Positions 19,363 through 28,856 of a stretch of DNA of 64,000 bases are shown here, piece by piece. Both the position numbers and the translations under genes were made by a program. Location: contig NJBH01000007.1 in assembly GCA_005223125.1 (NCBI GenBank), positions 32,001-96,000 of the forward strand. Reading direction: 5' to 3'. Each line of letters opens with the position of its first letter. Positions within the stretch are counted from its first letter, which is position 1. This DNA comes from Promethearchaeota archaeon Loki_b32 (GTDB lineage Archaea > Asgardarchaeota > Lokiarchaeia > Sigyniarchaeales > SOKP01). The notes under the pieces are model-generated. The model ran no database searches. It was not told the origin of the DNA and worked only from the letters and a program-made list of their open reading frames with translations.

Positions 19363-20388
19363 ATGAATAATAATCTTCAGGTAGGAAATTTAGGAGAAAT
19401 AAAAATAATAAAGCTTATAGAAGAACTGGTTTTGAAGAAAACCGGAAAAGAACTATTAAGAGATGATTCTTTTTTTTTTGAATTTAAAAACGAATATTCA
19501 AATAGAAACATTGTTTTAAATTCTGATATGTTAGTCTCCACAACAGATGCCCCACCTCAAATGAATTCATATCAGATCGGTAGGAAATCTGTATTAATGA
19601 ATGTGAGTGATTTATTGGTTAAAGGTGTTAGACCAAGTGGTTTAATTATATCTTTTGGTCTTCCAAGGGAATTGAAAAAATATGAGTTTATTGAATTATT
19701 AAATGGGATTATTGATTATAGTGTTAAATTTAATCTGGATTATATTGGGGGAGATGTTAATGAAACAAAAGAATTAATCATAAATCCAACTGTATTTGGT
19801 TTTAAAAATCCTTCAGCAATAATTTATAGGAAGGGGATAAATGTAGGTGATATCTTAATAGCTAATAATAAATTTGGTTTAACTGGAGTAGGGTTTGACA
19901 TTCTTTTAAACAAAAGAGGCGATTATCATGAGTTTCCAAATTATGAAAGATCTATTATGAGTGTCTTAGAGCCTAAAATCACCGGAAATGAAGCGTTCAT
20001 ATTATCAGAAAGAAATATAGCAACTTCAAGCATAGATTCCTCTGATGGATTATCAAAGTCTTTACAAGATTTGATGCTTTCAAATCCAAATGTGGGATTT
20101 GAAATTAATTTTAATGAGGATCTTATTGATAATGAAGCGTTAAAATACTCGAATGAATTCAATGTTTCTTTAGAAGAATTAGTTTTAAATGGCGGAGAAG
20201 AATTTATTCATTTATTTACTTTAGATCCTAAAGATTTTAACGCAGCTCAAAAAGAAATTCAATCGAGAAACGGACAGATTTTTAGAATAGGAAAAGTGGT
20301 TTCTGAGGAAAACGTTATTATTGTTAAAGAAGGGGAAAAAAAAGAAATTAAGAGTTATGGTTTCGAACATTTCAGTAAAAAGGCTTAA
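19363..20388 (+). CDS. thiL: Thiamine-monophosphate kinase
   Basis: GE..II, DD, DMLV, N.SDL..KG, IGGD, DSSDGL, GGEEF. Confidence 0.92.
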   Translation: MNNNLQVGNLGEIKIIKLIEELVLKKTGKELLRDDSFFFEFKNEYSNRNIVLNSDMLVSTTDAPPQMNSYQIGRKSVLMNVSDLLVKGVRPSGLIISFGLPRELKKYEFIELLNGIIDYSVKFNLDYIGGDVNETKELIINPTVFGFKNPSAIIYRKGINVGDILIANNKFGLTGVGFDILLNKRGDYHEFPNYERSIMSVLEPKITGNEAFILSERNIATSSIDSSDGLSKSLQDLMLSNPNVGFEINFNEDLIDNEALKYSNEFNVSLEELVLNGGEEFIHLFTLDPKDFNAAQKEIQSRNGQIFRIGKVVSEENVIIVKEGEKKEIKSYGFEHFSKKA

Positions 20389-20513
20389 AATTTAGTATAT
20401 TTTTATATATTATTTAAAAATTGAAGGAAAGAAACTCATTTAAATAAAATTTTTATATTATAATGGATTTATTCTTATACAATTCACGCCTAAACATAAA
20501 TTAAAATCGTTAT

Positions 20514-20617
20514 GGGCTATTGGCGCAGGCAGGTAGCGCAGCAGGCTTTTAACCTGACATTTATGGGAAGATCTCCCTTAAAAAGAAAGGTCAGGGGTTC
20601 AATTCCCCTATAGCCCG
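20514..20617 (+). tRNA. tRNA-Lys(TTT) with ~30-nt insertion near 43/44 (~20558-20587)
   Basis: Acceptor GGGCTAT/ATAGCCC, D stem GCGC/GCGC, anticodon loop CTTTTAA, T arm AGGGG-TTCAATT-CCCCT; exact intron junction ambiguous. Confidence 0.85.
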
Positions 20618-20767
20618 TTTATTTTATATATATGTTGTATATAGTATATCCATATTTTTTTACCTTCCGTCTCAGAAAAGGTAAAAGAAATAATACTTAG
20701 ATAAAAAAAGATTTATGAGATCTTTAACTTTATTATTAATAAAACACTCCCTTCGCAACTATTTATC

Positions 20768-21772
20768 ATGGAAAATTTAGAGTGTAAATTACCTTCCGAT
20801 GAACCTGAACAATTAATAGTTAAATCCCAGGATAATTCTGACCCAAATTATGGATATGATCCTGAAAAAAGAAGTATTGAATCCCTTCTCCAATATGGAG
20901 TAATAAATCTTGACAAACCAAGTGGTCCAACTAGTCATGAAGTAGTATCATGGGCTCGGAAAATTTTGGGGATTTCAAATGCGGGTCATGGTGGAACTCT
21001 GGATCCAAAAGTTACTGGTGTTTTACCTTGTGCTCTTGGAAAAGCTACGCGTGTATTATCAGCACTGCTAAATGCTGGAAAAGAATATATAGGTGTAATG
21101 GATTTACACACTCCAGAAAAACGAAAAAGGATAGAAAAAATATTTAAATTATTTACGGGTAAAATTTATCAAAGGCCTCCTTTAAAGTCATCTGTGGTGA
21201 GAAAATTAAGGATAAGAGAAATTTATTATAGCGAGGTTATTGACGTTGATAATAATCACGTATTATTTCGTATTGGATGTGAAGCTGGAACCTACGTAAG
21301 AAAATATTGCTTTGATTTAGGAGAAGCTCTTTGTTCAGGAGCTCATATGCTCGAACTAAGACGAACAAGGGTGGGTGATTTTAAAGAAAATGATAATCTA
21401 ATAACTTTACAAAATTTAAAAGATGCTTTTACCATTTATCAAACAGAGAGAGACGATAAATATTTGAAAAAGTTAATATTTCCAATGGAAAAGATGGTAT
21501 CTCATTTACCAAAGATTTATGTCAGAGATACTGCTGTAGATGCTTTATGTCATGGAGCAGGTTTAGCATCTGCGGGTATTTGTTATATAGATGCAAGAAT
21601 AAAGTCAAATATGTTAATTGCACTTATGACATTAAAAAAGGAATTAATAGGGTTTGGGATTGCTCTCAAAGACGCGTTTCAAATTAATAAAGCTAAATCT
21701 GGAATACTCGTAAAATCTAATAAGGTTTTTATGGAGAGAGGAATATATCCACGATGGGTTGAGAAAAAATAA
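20768..21772 (+). CDS. cbf5: H/ACA RNA-guided pseudouridine synthase Cbf5
   Basis: LDKPSGPTSHEV, GHGGTLDPKVTG, YQRPP, GTYVR, C-terminal PUA domain. Confidence 0.96.
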   Translation: MENLECKLPSDEPEQLIVKSQDNSDPNYGYDPEKRSIESLLQYGVINLDKPSGPTSHEVVSWARKILGISNAGHGGTLDPKVTGVLPCALGKATRVLSALLNAGKEYIGVMDLHTPEKRKRIEKIFKLFTGKIYQRPPLKSSVVRKLRIREIYYSEVIDVDNNHVLFRIGCEAGTYVRKYCFDLGEALCSGAHMLELRRTRVGDFKENDNLITLQNLKDAFTIYQTERDDKYLKKLIFPMEKMVSHLPKIYVRDTAVDALCHGAGLASAGICYIDARIKSNMLIALMTLKKELIGFGIALKDAFQINKAKSGILVKSNKVFMERGIYPRWVEKK

Positions 21773-21797
21773 TTTGATTTAATTAACTTAATTTTTT

Positions 21798-22436
21798 ATG
21801 ATGGAAAATAATAGTAACCATTATTATAGTAAATTTCCTGATGCTAATGTAAAAATTCATACAATTTCAGAAAGCTTAAGACGACATCTTTACATTTTTA
21901 AAACAATTACGGGTGTATTTTCTTATAAAAGACTGGATTTAGGCACTAAGGTTTTTATCGAAAATATATATATCCCCGAAGAAACGAGTAATTTACTTGA
22001 TTTAGGATGCGGTTATGGTCCAATAGGAATTGTCTTGAGTTATGAATCACCTCAAAGTTCTGTTTATCTAATAGATATAAACAAGCGAGCTGTTTGGTGT
22101 ACAAGGGAAAATGTTAAATTAAATCTTCAAGAGAGAAAAAAAAATATTTATAGTTTATCAGGTAATTATTTTGAACCAATTAAAAACAAACATTTGAAAT
22201 TTGATGGTATTTATATGAATCCTCCTTTACGGCAAGGAAGAAAAGAATTTTTGAAGGTAATGCATGATATTTCTTCGTATTTAAAAACAAATGGTTCCTT
22301 TCAATTTGTAATAAAGAAAAAAATGGGAGCAGCCTATATTTTAAAATATTTTAAGGATACCTTTCCAGATGAAAATATCGAGATTATATGTAAAAGAAGT
22401 GGTTATTGGGTTTTTAAATGCTTTCATCAGCTATGA
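21798..22436 (+). CDS. RsmC/MTS-like class I SAM-dependent methyltransferase
   Basis: HYY, GVFS...D.GT, LDLGCGYG.IG, NPP. Confidence 0.9.
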   Translation: MMENNSNHYYSKFPDANVKIHTISESLRRHLYIFKTITGVFSYKRLDLGTKVFIENIYIPEETSNLLDLGCGYGPIGIVLSYESPQSSVYLIDINKRAVWCTRENVKLNLQERKKNIYSLSGNYFEPIKNKHLKFDGIYMNPPLRQGRKEFLKVMHDISSYLKTNGSFQFVIKKKMGAAYILKYFKDTFPDENIEIICKRSGYWVFKCFHQL

Positions 22437-22544
22437 TTTATTAAAATCCTCGTTTGTTATGAGAAAAATGGGGAAAAAATGGAAAAATTTTTTAGACTGG
22501 TATCATTTCATTAGTTATAATTCATAAAAAGAGTTGATTTTTCC

Positions 22545-22802
22545 TTGACAAAAAAAAAACGGATAGATGTTTTACTCCATAAATTTGTCCCTAAGCATGT
22601 CCTTTTAACTAAAGAAGAATCGCAAAATCTTTTAGAAAAATATCGAATTGAAGTAAATGATTTACCACAGATGTTTGAAAAAGATCCGGTTGCGATCGCC
22701 ATCGGGGCAAAAGAGGGGGATATTGTAAAAATAATTCGAGATTCTAATACAACTGTTAAATCAGTAAATTATTACCGTTATGTAAAAAAGGAAAAAGTTT
22801 AG
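22545..22802 (+). CDS. rpoH: RNA polymerase subunit H (Rpo5)
   Basis: H.FVPKH..L, LP....DPVA..IGA..GD.VKI.R. Confidence 0.96.
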   Translation: MTKKKRIDVLLHKFVPKHVLLTKEESQNLLEKYRIEVNDLPQMFEKDPVAIAIGAKEGDIVKIIRDSNTTVKSVNYYRYVKKEKV

Positions 22803-22847
22803 TATAATTTTTTATGAAAATGAATAGATAATATGGTTTTATGAATT

Positions 22848-25800
22848 TTGAGCTCAGAAAAATTATCAAATACTGATAAATGGATTATTTTAAAAAGTTT
22901 ATTTGATGAAAAAGGTTTAGTACGTCAACACCTGGATTCATATAATAGCTTTATCGAATATGAAATGCAAACGATTGTTGATGAGTCAGGTGAAGTGATT
23001 CCTGATATTCCAGGTTTTAAAATTAAATTTGGAAAAATTAAGATTGGAGTACCAAAAGTTAGAGAAGCTGATGGTGCTACTATGGAGATTACTCCAATAG
23101 AAGCAAGAATTAGGGAATTAAGTTATGCTGCAGATATTACCTTAGAAATGACTCCAATAACTATTGATGAAAGAACACAGAGAGAAGAAGCAGAGGAAAC
23201 TTTAGATATATATATTGGAAAAATTCCGATAATGCTTAAGAGTTGTCGATGCCCATTAGAAAGCCTCTCAGAACAAGAGCTTATTAATAGAGGAGAAGAC
23301 CCATTAGATCCTGGAGGGTATTTCATAATAAATGGAACTGAAAGAGTTCTTGTTACTCAAGAAGATCTTGCACCAAATAGAATATTAGCTGAAGAAGCTA
23401 GTAGAAGTTCGAGTGCTACTCATCAAGCTAAAGTTTTTTCGACAAGAAGTGGTTTTAGAGCACCTGTCACAATAGAGCGAAAAAAAGATGGAAACCTTAG
23501 AGTATCTTTTCCATCAGTTCCAGGAAAAATACCCTTAGCAATTTTAATGCGTGCTCTAGGATTACATTCAGATAGAGAGATTTTTGAAGCAATCTCAGAA
23601 AATGATGAAATTCAGAAAGAATTAATACCAGTAATAGATGTTGCTTCTGAGATCCAAGTATTAAAAGATCCAGAGAAATCTCAACAAAATGCTCTTGATT
23701 ATATAGGAAAAAGAGTTGCAATTGGTCAAACAAAAGATTATCGTATTAGAAGAGCACTTCAAGTTCTAGATCGATATCTTTTACCGCACATAGGTAATGC
23801 GGAAGAGGATAGAATTAAAAAAGCATATTATTTAGGACAAATGGCACAGAAAGTAATGGAACTTGCTTTGAGTTTAAGAGAACCTGATGATAAAGATCAT
23901 TATGCAAATAAAAGATTAAAATTAGCTGGAGAATTATTCACATCTCTATTTAGAGTGGCTTTTTTAAATCTTGTTAAAGATATTAAATATCAATTAGAAA
24001 GAACAGCTGTTCGCGGAAGAGCTCCAAATATAAAAACTGCTGTAAGGGCTGATGTTATTACAGAAAGAATTAGACATGCATTAGCCACGGGTAATTGGGT
24101 CGGAGGTAAAGCAGGTGTTAGCCAGCTTTTAAATAGAACTAATCATGTTGGTACGTTAAGCCATTTGAGAAGAGTTATATCGCCCCTAAGTCGTAGTCAA
24201 CCGCATTTTGAAGCTAGAGATTTACATCCGACTCAATGGGGAAAAATTTGCCCTGCAGAAACTCCTGAAGGTCCAAATTGTGGATTAGTTAAGAATTTAG
24301 GGTTAGCTTCAATAATATCCGTAGGAACAGATGAGAGAATAATTGAAAATATATTAATTGATTTAGGAGTCATCCCCATAAATGAAGTTAAAAATATAAA
24401 AGGAGATAAAGTAAAAGTTTTTCTAAATGGGAAATTAGTAGGTATACATCAACAATATAATCCATTCATACGCCAACTTAGAGAAAAGCGAAGAAAAGGT
24501 GAGATTGGTCAACATGTAAACATCGGTTATTATCACGATTCAAGGGAAATCCAAATAAATTGTGATGCTGGTAGAGCAACTCGACCTTTATTTGTCTTGA
24601 AGAATAAAGACTTACTTGTTTCAAAAGAAGATATTGATAAATTAATACAAAAGAAGTACATTTGGTCAGATTTAATTCAAAAGGGTGTCATTGAATATTT
24701 AGATGCTGAAGAAGAAGAAAATGCTTACATTGCTATGTTTGAGGAAGATATATCTCCAGAACATACTCACTTAGAGATATCTCCTGCCGCAATTCTTGGG
24801 ATTTGTGCTTCTATTATTCCTTTTCCAGAACATAACCAGTCCCCTAGAAACACATATGAAGCAGGAATGGTAAAACAAGCGTTAGGTTTATTCGCAGCAA
24901 ATATGCACTTAAGATTAGACACTAGAGGACATACATTACATTATCCACAACAACCACTAGTAAAAACTAGTCCCATGGAGATCATTGGAATAAATAAACG
25001 ACCTGCTGGTCAGAATTTTATCATTGCCATGATGAGTTTCGAAGGATTCAATATTGAAGATGCGATAATTATAAATAAAGCCTCAATTGAGAGAGGTCTT
25101 GCACGTAGTCATTTTTTCAGAACATATGATGCCGAGGAAAGAAAATATCCTGGTGGAGAGGTTGATAAATTTGAGATTCCAGAAAGAGGTGTAAGAGGAT
25201 TCAAATCAGCTGAATCATATAGATTACTATCAGAAGTAGATGGAATAATAGAACCAGAGACTCAAGTAAACGGAGGAGATGTACTAATTGGTAGAACTTC
25301 TCCTCCCAGATTTATAAAATCATATGAAGAATTTGAGCTTATGCAACCAAACAGGCGTGAAACTTCAAAAAATATGCGACATAATGAACAAGGTATTGTT
25401 GATACGGTAATTATTTCTGAAACTGTAGATGGAAATAAATTAGTCAAAATAAAAGTTAGAGATTTAAGAATTCCAGAATTAGGAGATAAGTTTTCGTCTC
25501 GTCATGGTCAAAAAGGAGTATTAGGATTAGTTGTTGAACAAGCAGATATGCCTTATACGGCTTCTGGTGTAATTCCAGATATTATTGTAAATCCCCACGC
25601 AATGCCTTCGAGAATGACTTTAGGACAATTATTTGAAGGAATCAGTGGAAAAATAGCATGTACAACAGGGAAATTAGGAGATGCAACCGCTTTCGAATGG
25701 ACTGATATAACAAAGCTTCAAGAACAATTAGTAGAGGCGGGATTTGAATTTAATGGAAGAGAGGTTATGTACAATGGTATTACAGGGGATAAATATGAAG

Positions 25801-26219
25801 CAGGAATTTATTGTACTCCAATCTACTACCAGAAATTATATCATTTAGTCGCTGATAAACTCCACGCAAGAGCGAGAGGACCTGTTCAAATTTTAACTCG
25901 ACAACCCACAGAGGGTCGTGCTCGTGAGGGAGGATTAAGATTTGGAGAAATGGAGAGGGATTGTTTAGTTGGTCATGGTTCTGCGCTATTATTAAAAGAA
26001 AGATTATTAGATGAATCTGATAGAACTGTAATATTGGTATGCGAAAAATGTGGGCTTTTAGCTGTGTATGATCGAAACCGCGACAAGCGATATTGTCCAG
26101 TATGTGGAGAGGGAACTATCATTTCTAAGGTTGTTTGTTCATACGCTTTTAAATTATTACTACAAGAGATGATGAGCTTAGGTCTAGCTCCAAGACTTAA
26201 ATTAAAAGAAAAAATATAA
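22848..26219 (+). CDS. rpoB: RNA polymerase subunit B (Rpo2), unsplit
   Basis: GGYFIING.E, ETPEG.NCGL, GDKFSSRHGQKG, GGLRFGEMERD, C-terminal Zn finger. Confidence 0.98.
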   Translation: MSSEKLSNTDKWIILKSLFDEKGLVRQHLDSYNSFIEYEMQTIVDESGEVIPDIPGFKIKFGKIKIGVPKVREADGATMEITPIEARIRELSYAADITLEMTPITIDERTQREEAEETLDIYIGKIPIMLKSCRCPLESLSEQELINRGEDPLDPGGYFIINGTERVLVTQEDLAPNRILAEEASRSSSATHQAKVFSTRSGFRAPVTIERKKDGNLRVSFPSVPGKIPLAILMRALGLHSDREIFEAISENDEIQKELIPVIDVASEIQVLKDPEKSQQNALDYIGKRVAIGQTKDYRIRRALQVLDRYLLPHIGNAEEDRIKKAYYLGQMAQKVMELALSLREPDDKDHYANKRLKLAGELFTSLFRVAFLNLVKDIKYQLERTAVRGRAPNIKTAVRADVITERIRHALATGNWVGGKAGVSQLLNRTNHVGTLSHLRRVISPLSRSQPHFEARDLHPTQWGKICPAETPEGPNCGLVKNLGLASIISVGTDERIIENILIDLGVIPINEVKNIKGDKVKVFLNGKLVGIHQQYNPFIRQLREKRRKGEIGQHVNIGYYHDSREIQINCDAGRATRPLFVLKNKDLLVSKEDIDKLIQKKYIWSDLIQKGVIEYLDAEEEENAYIAMFEEDISPEHTHLEISPAAILGICASIIPFPEHNQSPRNTYEAGMVKQALGLFAANMHLRLDTRGHTLHYPQQPLVKTSPMEIIGINKRPAGQNFIIAMMSFEGFNIEDAIIINKASIERGLARSHFFRTYDAEERKYPGGEVDKFEIPERGVRGFKSAESYRLLSEVDGIIEPETQVNGGDVLIGRTSPPRFIKSYEEFELMQPNRRETSKNMRHNEQGIVDTVIISETVDGNKLVKIKVRDLRIPELGDKFSSRHGQKGVLGLVVEQADMPYTASGVIPDIIVNPHAMPSRMTLGQLFEGISGKIACTTGKLGDATAFEWTDITKLQEQLVEAGFEFNGREVMYNGITGDKYEAGIYCTPIYYQKLYHLVADKLHARARGPVQILTRQPTEGRAREGGLRFGEMERDCLVGHGSALLLKERLLDESDRTVILVCEKCGLLAVYDRNRDKRYCPVCGEGTIISKVVCSYAFKLLLQEMMSLGLAPRLKLKEKI

Positions 26220-26315
26220 TGAATTGAAAGCTATTCAGTTCTTTTTAAAAAAATCTTTTTTCTTTGAAAAGAAAAAAAAAAATAAATTATTTACTTTTTA
26301 TAATTTCAGTTTGTT

Positions 26316-26756
26316 TTAGAACCCGACTCCTAAAAATGTGTATAATTCAGGTATTAAACAATAAATTATGTATAGTATAAACAGTGTCAGTAGAGAGATC
26401 CACACAGAATTATCCCACGGTATATCTATTAGGAATTTTACCAGAACTAATAAAATTAGAAATCCGAAGATTGGAACTAAACGAATTAAAAAATCCTGTC
26501 CACCATCATCAATTGCGTTTCTAATTTCAGCTAAAGCACCTCCAATAGTACTTAAAACGGTTCCTATTGCATTTAAAACAACTGGCAAAAGCAAAACAAC
26601 AATAAATGCTAATAAAATTATCAGAAATTTCTTATCAGAAGCTTTAGTTTTAGATTCTAGAAGTAGTACAACGATATAAATGATAAGTGTGACTACAACT
26701 GTTGCTAATATTAACCACAATACAAAAAGTAAAGGCTCTGGGTCTTGAAAAAGCAT
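26316..26756 (-). CDS. Hypothetical integral membrane protein (4 TM)
   Basis: 146-aa ORF with four hydrophobic segments. Confidence 0.7.
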   Translation of the reverse strand: MLFQDPEPLLFVLWLILATVVVTLIIYIVVLLLESKTKASDKKFLIILLAFIVVLLLPVVLNAIGTVLSTIGGALAEIRNAIDDGGQDFLIRLVPIFGFLILLVLVKFLIDIPWDNSVWISLLTLFILYIIYCLIPELYTFLGVGF

Positions 26757-26946
26757 ATTAATAATCCTATTTATGTGTTTTTAGTTAATTTTTAATTTAA
26801 ATAATTTGTAATAAAAATATTACACTTCTTCTCTTTTAAATATTGACAAAACAAATTATAAAAGTGATAAATTGAAGAAATAAGGAAGGAAACCCTTTAG
26901 TTGTTGAAAAATAATTCTTGATTTAATGGATATTTAGATACTTGAA

Positions 26947-27153
26947 TTATATTCCCCATGATAACAAGAAAAAATGAAGAGCAAATCCAAGGAATATTGA
27001 TGCAATCACTATACTAATGATTGATAGTCGGACAGATACTTCTCTTCCATATTTAGTATATAATATTAAAATTGTTAAAGATACTAACCCTATAATAAGA
27101 AATAACCACGCAAAAACCCATAATGATAAAGAAGGAATACTAGTCATAACCAA
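26947..27153 (-). CDS. Small two-TM membrane protein
   Basis: 68-aa hydrophobic hairpin with a basic loop. Confidence 0.6.
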   Translation of the reverse strand: MVMTSIPSLSLWVFAWLFLIIGLVSLTILILYTKYGREVSVRLSIISIVIASIFLGFALHFFLLSWGI

Positions 27154-27301
27154 TTAAAATAATTTTTTTGTGTTCTGTATTTTTAGATATATTTTATATT
27201 TTTTTAATTTTATTAATGAATAAAATTTATAATTATAATCTTTTGATATTAAATAAATAGAACTAAAATTTAATTTAGAGAAAATTAAACAGATAAAAAA
27301 G

Positions 27302-28084
27302 ATGCATTTTCTAAAAAATGTTGTTGAAACACCGATTCTGGATGATCCAGCAAGAAATCATAAGAATATTCATCGACATTTCTACAGATATTCCAGAGGA
27401 GATTTTGTAGGTCCAGCTTTGAAAATTTCGCAAACGAAGGCAAAATTAACTCTAAGAGGAAGCCATGAATATGAGGATTTGATTCTTGAGATAGTTGCAA
27501 GTGGAATTTCTAATCCAGATGATATTTTTGAAATTATAGGGAGATTAATTTCGGGATCAGATATAAGTGATATTATTAGTGATTTAGGACTTAATTGGAA
27601 TCTTAAACAAACCACTGGTCAAACTAAAAAATACAAAGCGGAGATAATTGATAACATAAGTAAAAATCCTTTATTAGAGAGCATTGAAGCTTTTCGTGAA
27701 AATAGCTATTTATTATTATCATTTAATATAAATCCAAATTGTAAGGTCACCACCAAAAAAAATATACCCCAACCTTCAAAAAAGAAAGCAGAAGATGATG
27801 ATGTAAATAAAAGAATTAAATTTTGCACGGGTTATATCAACAATACTGAAAGAAACCATATCAATATTTTTGAGAATGTACTCCCTGATTTTAAGTCAGA
27901 GCTCCCTAAAAGTTGGAAGACACTAACAATTTTTAATAATTACAAGATTACTGAAATTGAACTCCCTAAAAATGTCACAAATTCAAAATTATTGAGAGTA
28001 ATGGCAATACGAAAAGGAAAATTATTTCGAACACTTGATATAGACGGGGAACTTATAGAAAAACAATATTCTATTGTCGTCTAA
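27302..28084 (+). CDS. Conserved hypothetical protein
   Basis: 260-aa ORF, H.HF.RYSRG.F.GP N-terminal motif; co-oriented upstream of tfe. Confidence 0.7.
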   Translation: MHFLKNVVETPILDDPARNHKNIHRHFYRYSRGDFVGPALKISQTKAKLTLRGSHEYEDLILEIVASGISNPDDIFEIIGRLISGSDISDIISDLGLNWNLKQTTGQTKKYKAEIIDNISKNPLLESIEAFRENSYLLLSFNINPNCKVTTKKNIPQPSKKKAEDDDVNKRIKFCTGYINNTERNHINIFENVLPDFKSELPKSWKTLTIFNNYKITEIELPKNVTNSKLLRVMAIRKGKLFRTLDIDGELIEKQYSIVV

Positions 28085-28175
28085 TGAATAAAATCAAATT
28101 ATTTAAAGAGACATTTTAACAAAAATTTAATTCTTATGAAAAATAATTATATTTCATATTAAAATCAAAAATTGA

Positions 28176-28766
28176 ATGAGGCTAAGTCATATTAAAGAAT
28201 TAAATCCTTTCTTGCGATCTTTTCTATACATTATCAGTGGCGATATTGCAATTTATGTAGGAATGGAACTTCTAAATTCTGAATCTGTAGATATCACCGA
28301 CGAAGATATAACGGAAAATATAAAGGAAAGTATTAAAGGTTCTGATATTGACTTTGAACCAAATGATTCTGAAATCTTAAAATTGAATACTGTCCGTAAA
28401 ACACTTTATAAACTATATTCTGAAAAACTGGCTCAATTTAGGCGCATTAGAGATAAATCAACGGGATGGTTTATTTACTATTGGTGGCATGAATTTGATT
28501 TATTTGAAGAAATTCTTCTGGAAAAAAAAAATTTAATTGAAAGTAAATTGCGAGATAGATTACAATTTGAACAAAATAACTATTTTTTTTATTGTAAAAA
28601 TTGCCAAGAATCAAATATTAAATATAATTTTGATAAGGCATTTGAACTAAATTTTAGGTGTCCTGATTGTGGAAATCCTCTCGAAGCTCAAGATAATCAA
28701 TCTATCATTGAATATTTAAAGAATAAAATTGGCGTAATTCAAAATATTAAAATTTCAATTGATTAA
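28176..28766 (+). CDS. tfe: Transcription factor E alpha
   Basis: TDE.I, LN.VRK.LY.L, R.RD..TGWF.YYW, Zn ribbon C..C...F..AFE..F.CP.CG..L...DN. Confidence 0.94.
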   Translation: MRLSHIKELNPFLRSFLYIISGDIAIYVGMELLNSESVDITDEDITENIKESIKGSDIDFEPNDSEILKLNTVRKTLYKLYSEKLAQFRRIRDKSTGWFIYYWWHEFDLFEEILLEKKNLIESKLRDRLQFEQNNYFFYCKNCQESNIKYNFDKAFELNFRCPDCGNPLEAQDNQSIIEYLKNKIGVIQNIKISID

Positions 28767-28856
28767 GAAAATCATTTGTAATTAACATATTACTATGAAA
28801 AGAATATTTTTTTAATTAGTACACAATCTATTAGAATAATTAGGTTAAGCTATTTT

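Noticed and set aside
19195-20617. Integrated element between tRNA-Thr and tRNA-Lys or at tRNA-Leu
   Set aside because: No integrase, no duplicated tRNA 3' ends (att sites); intervening genes are housekeeping
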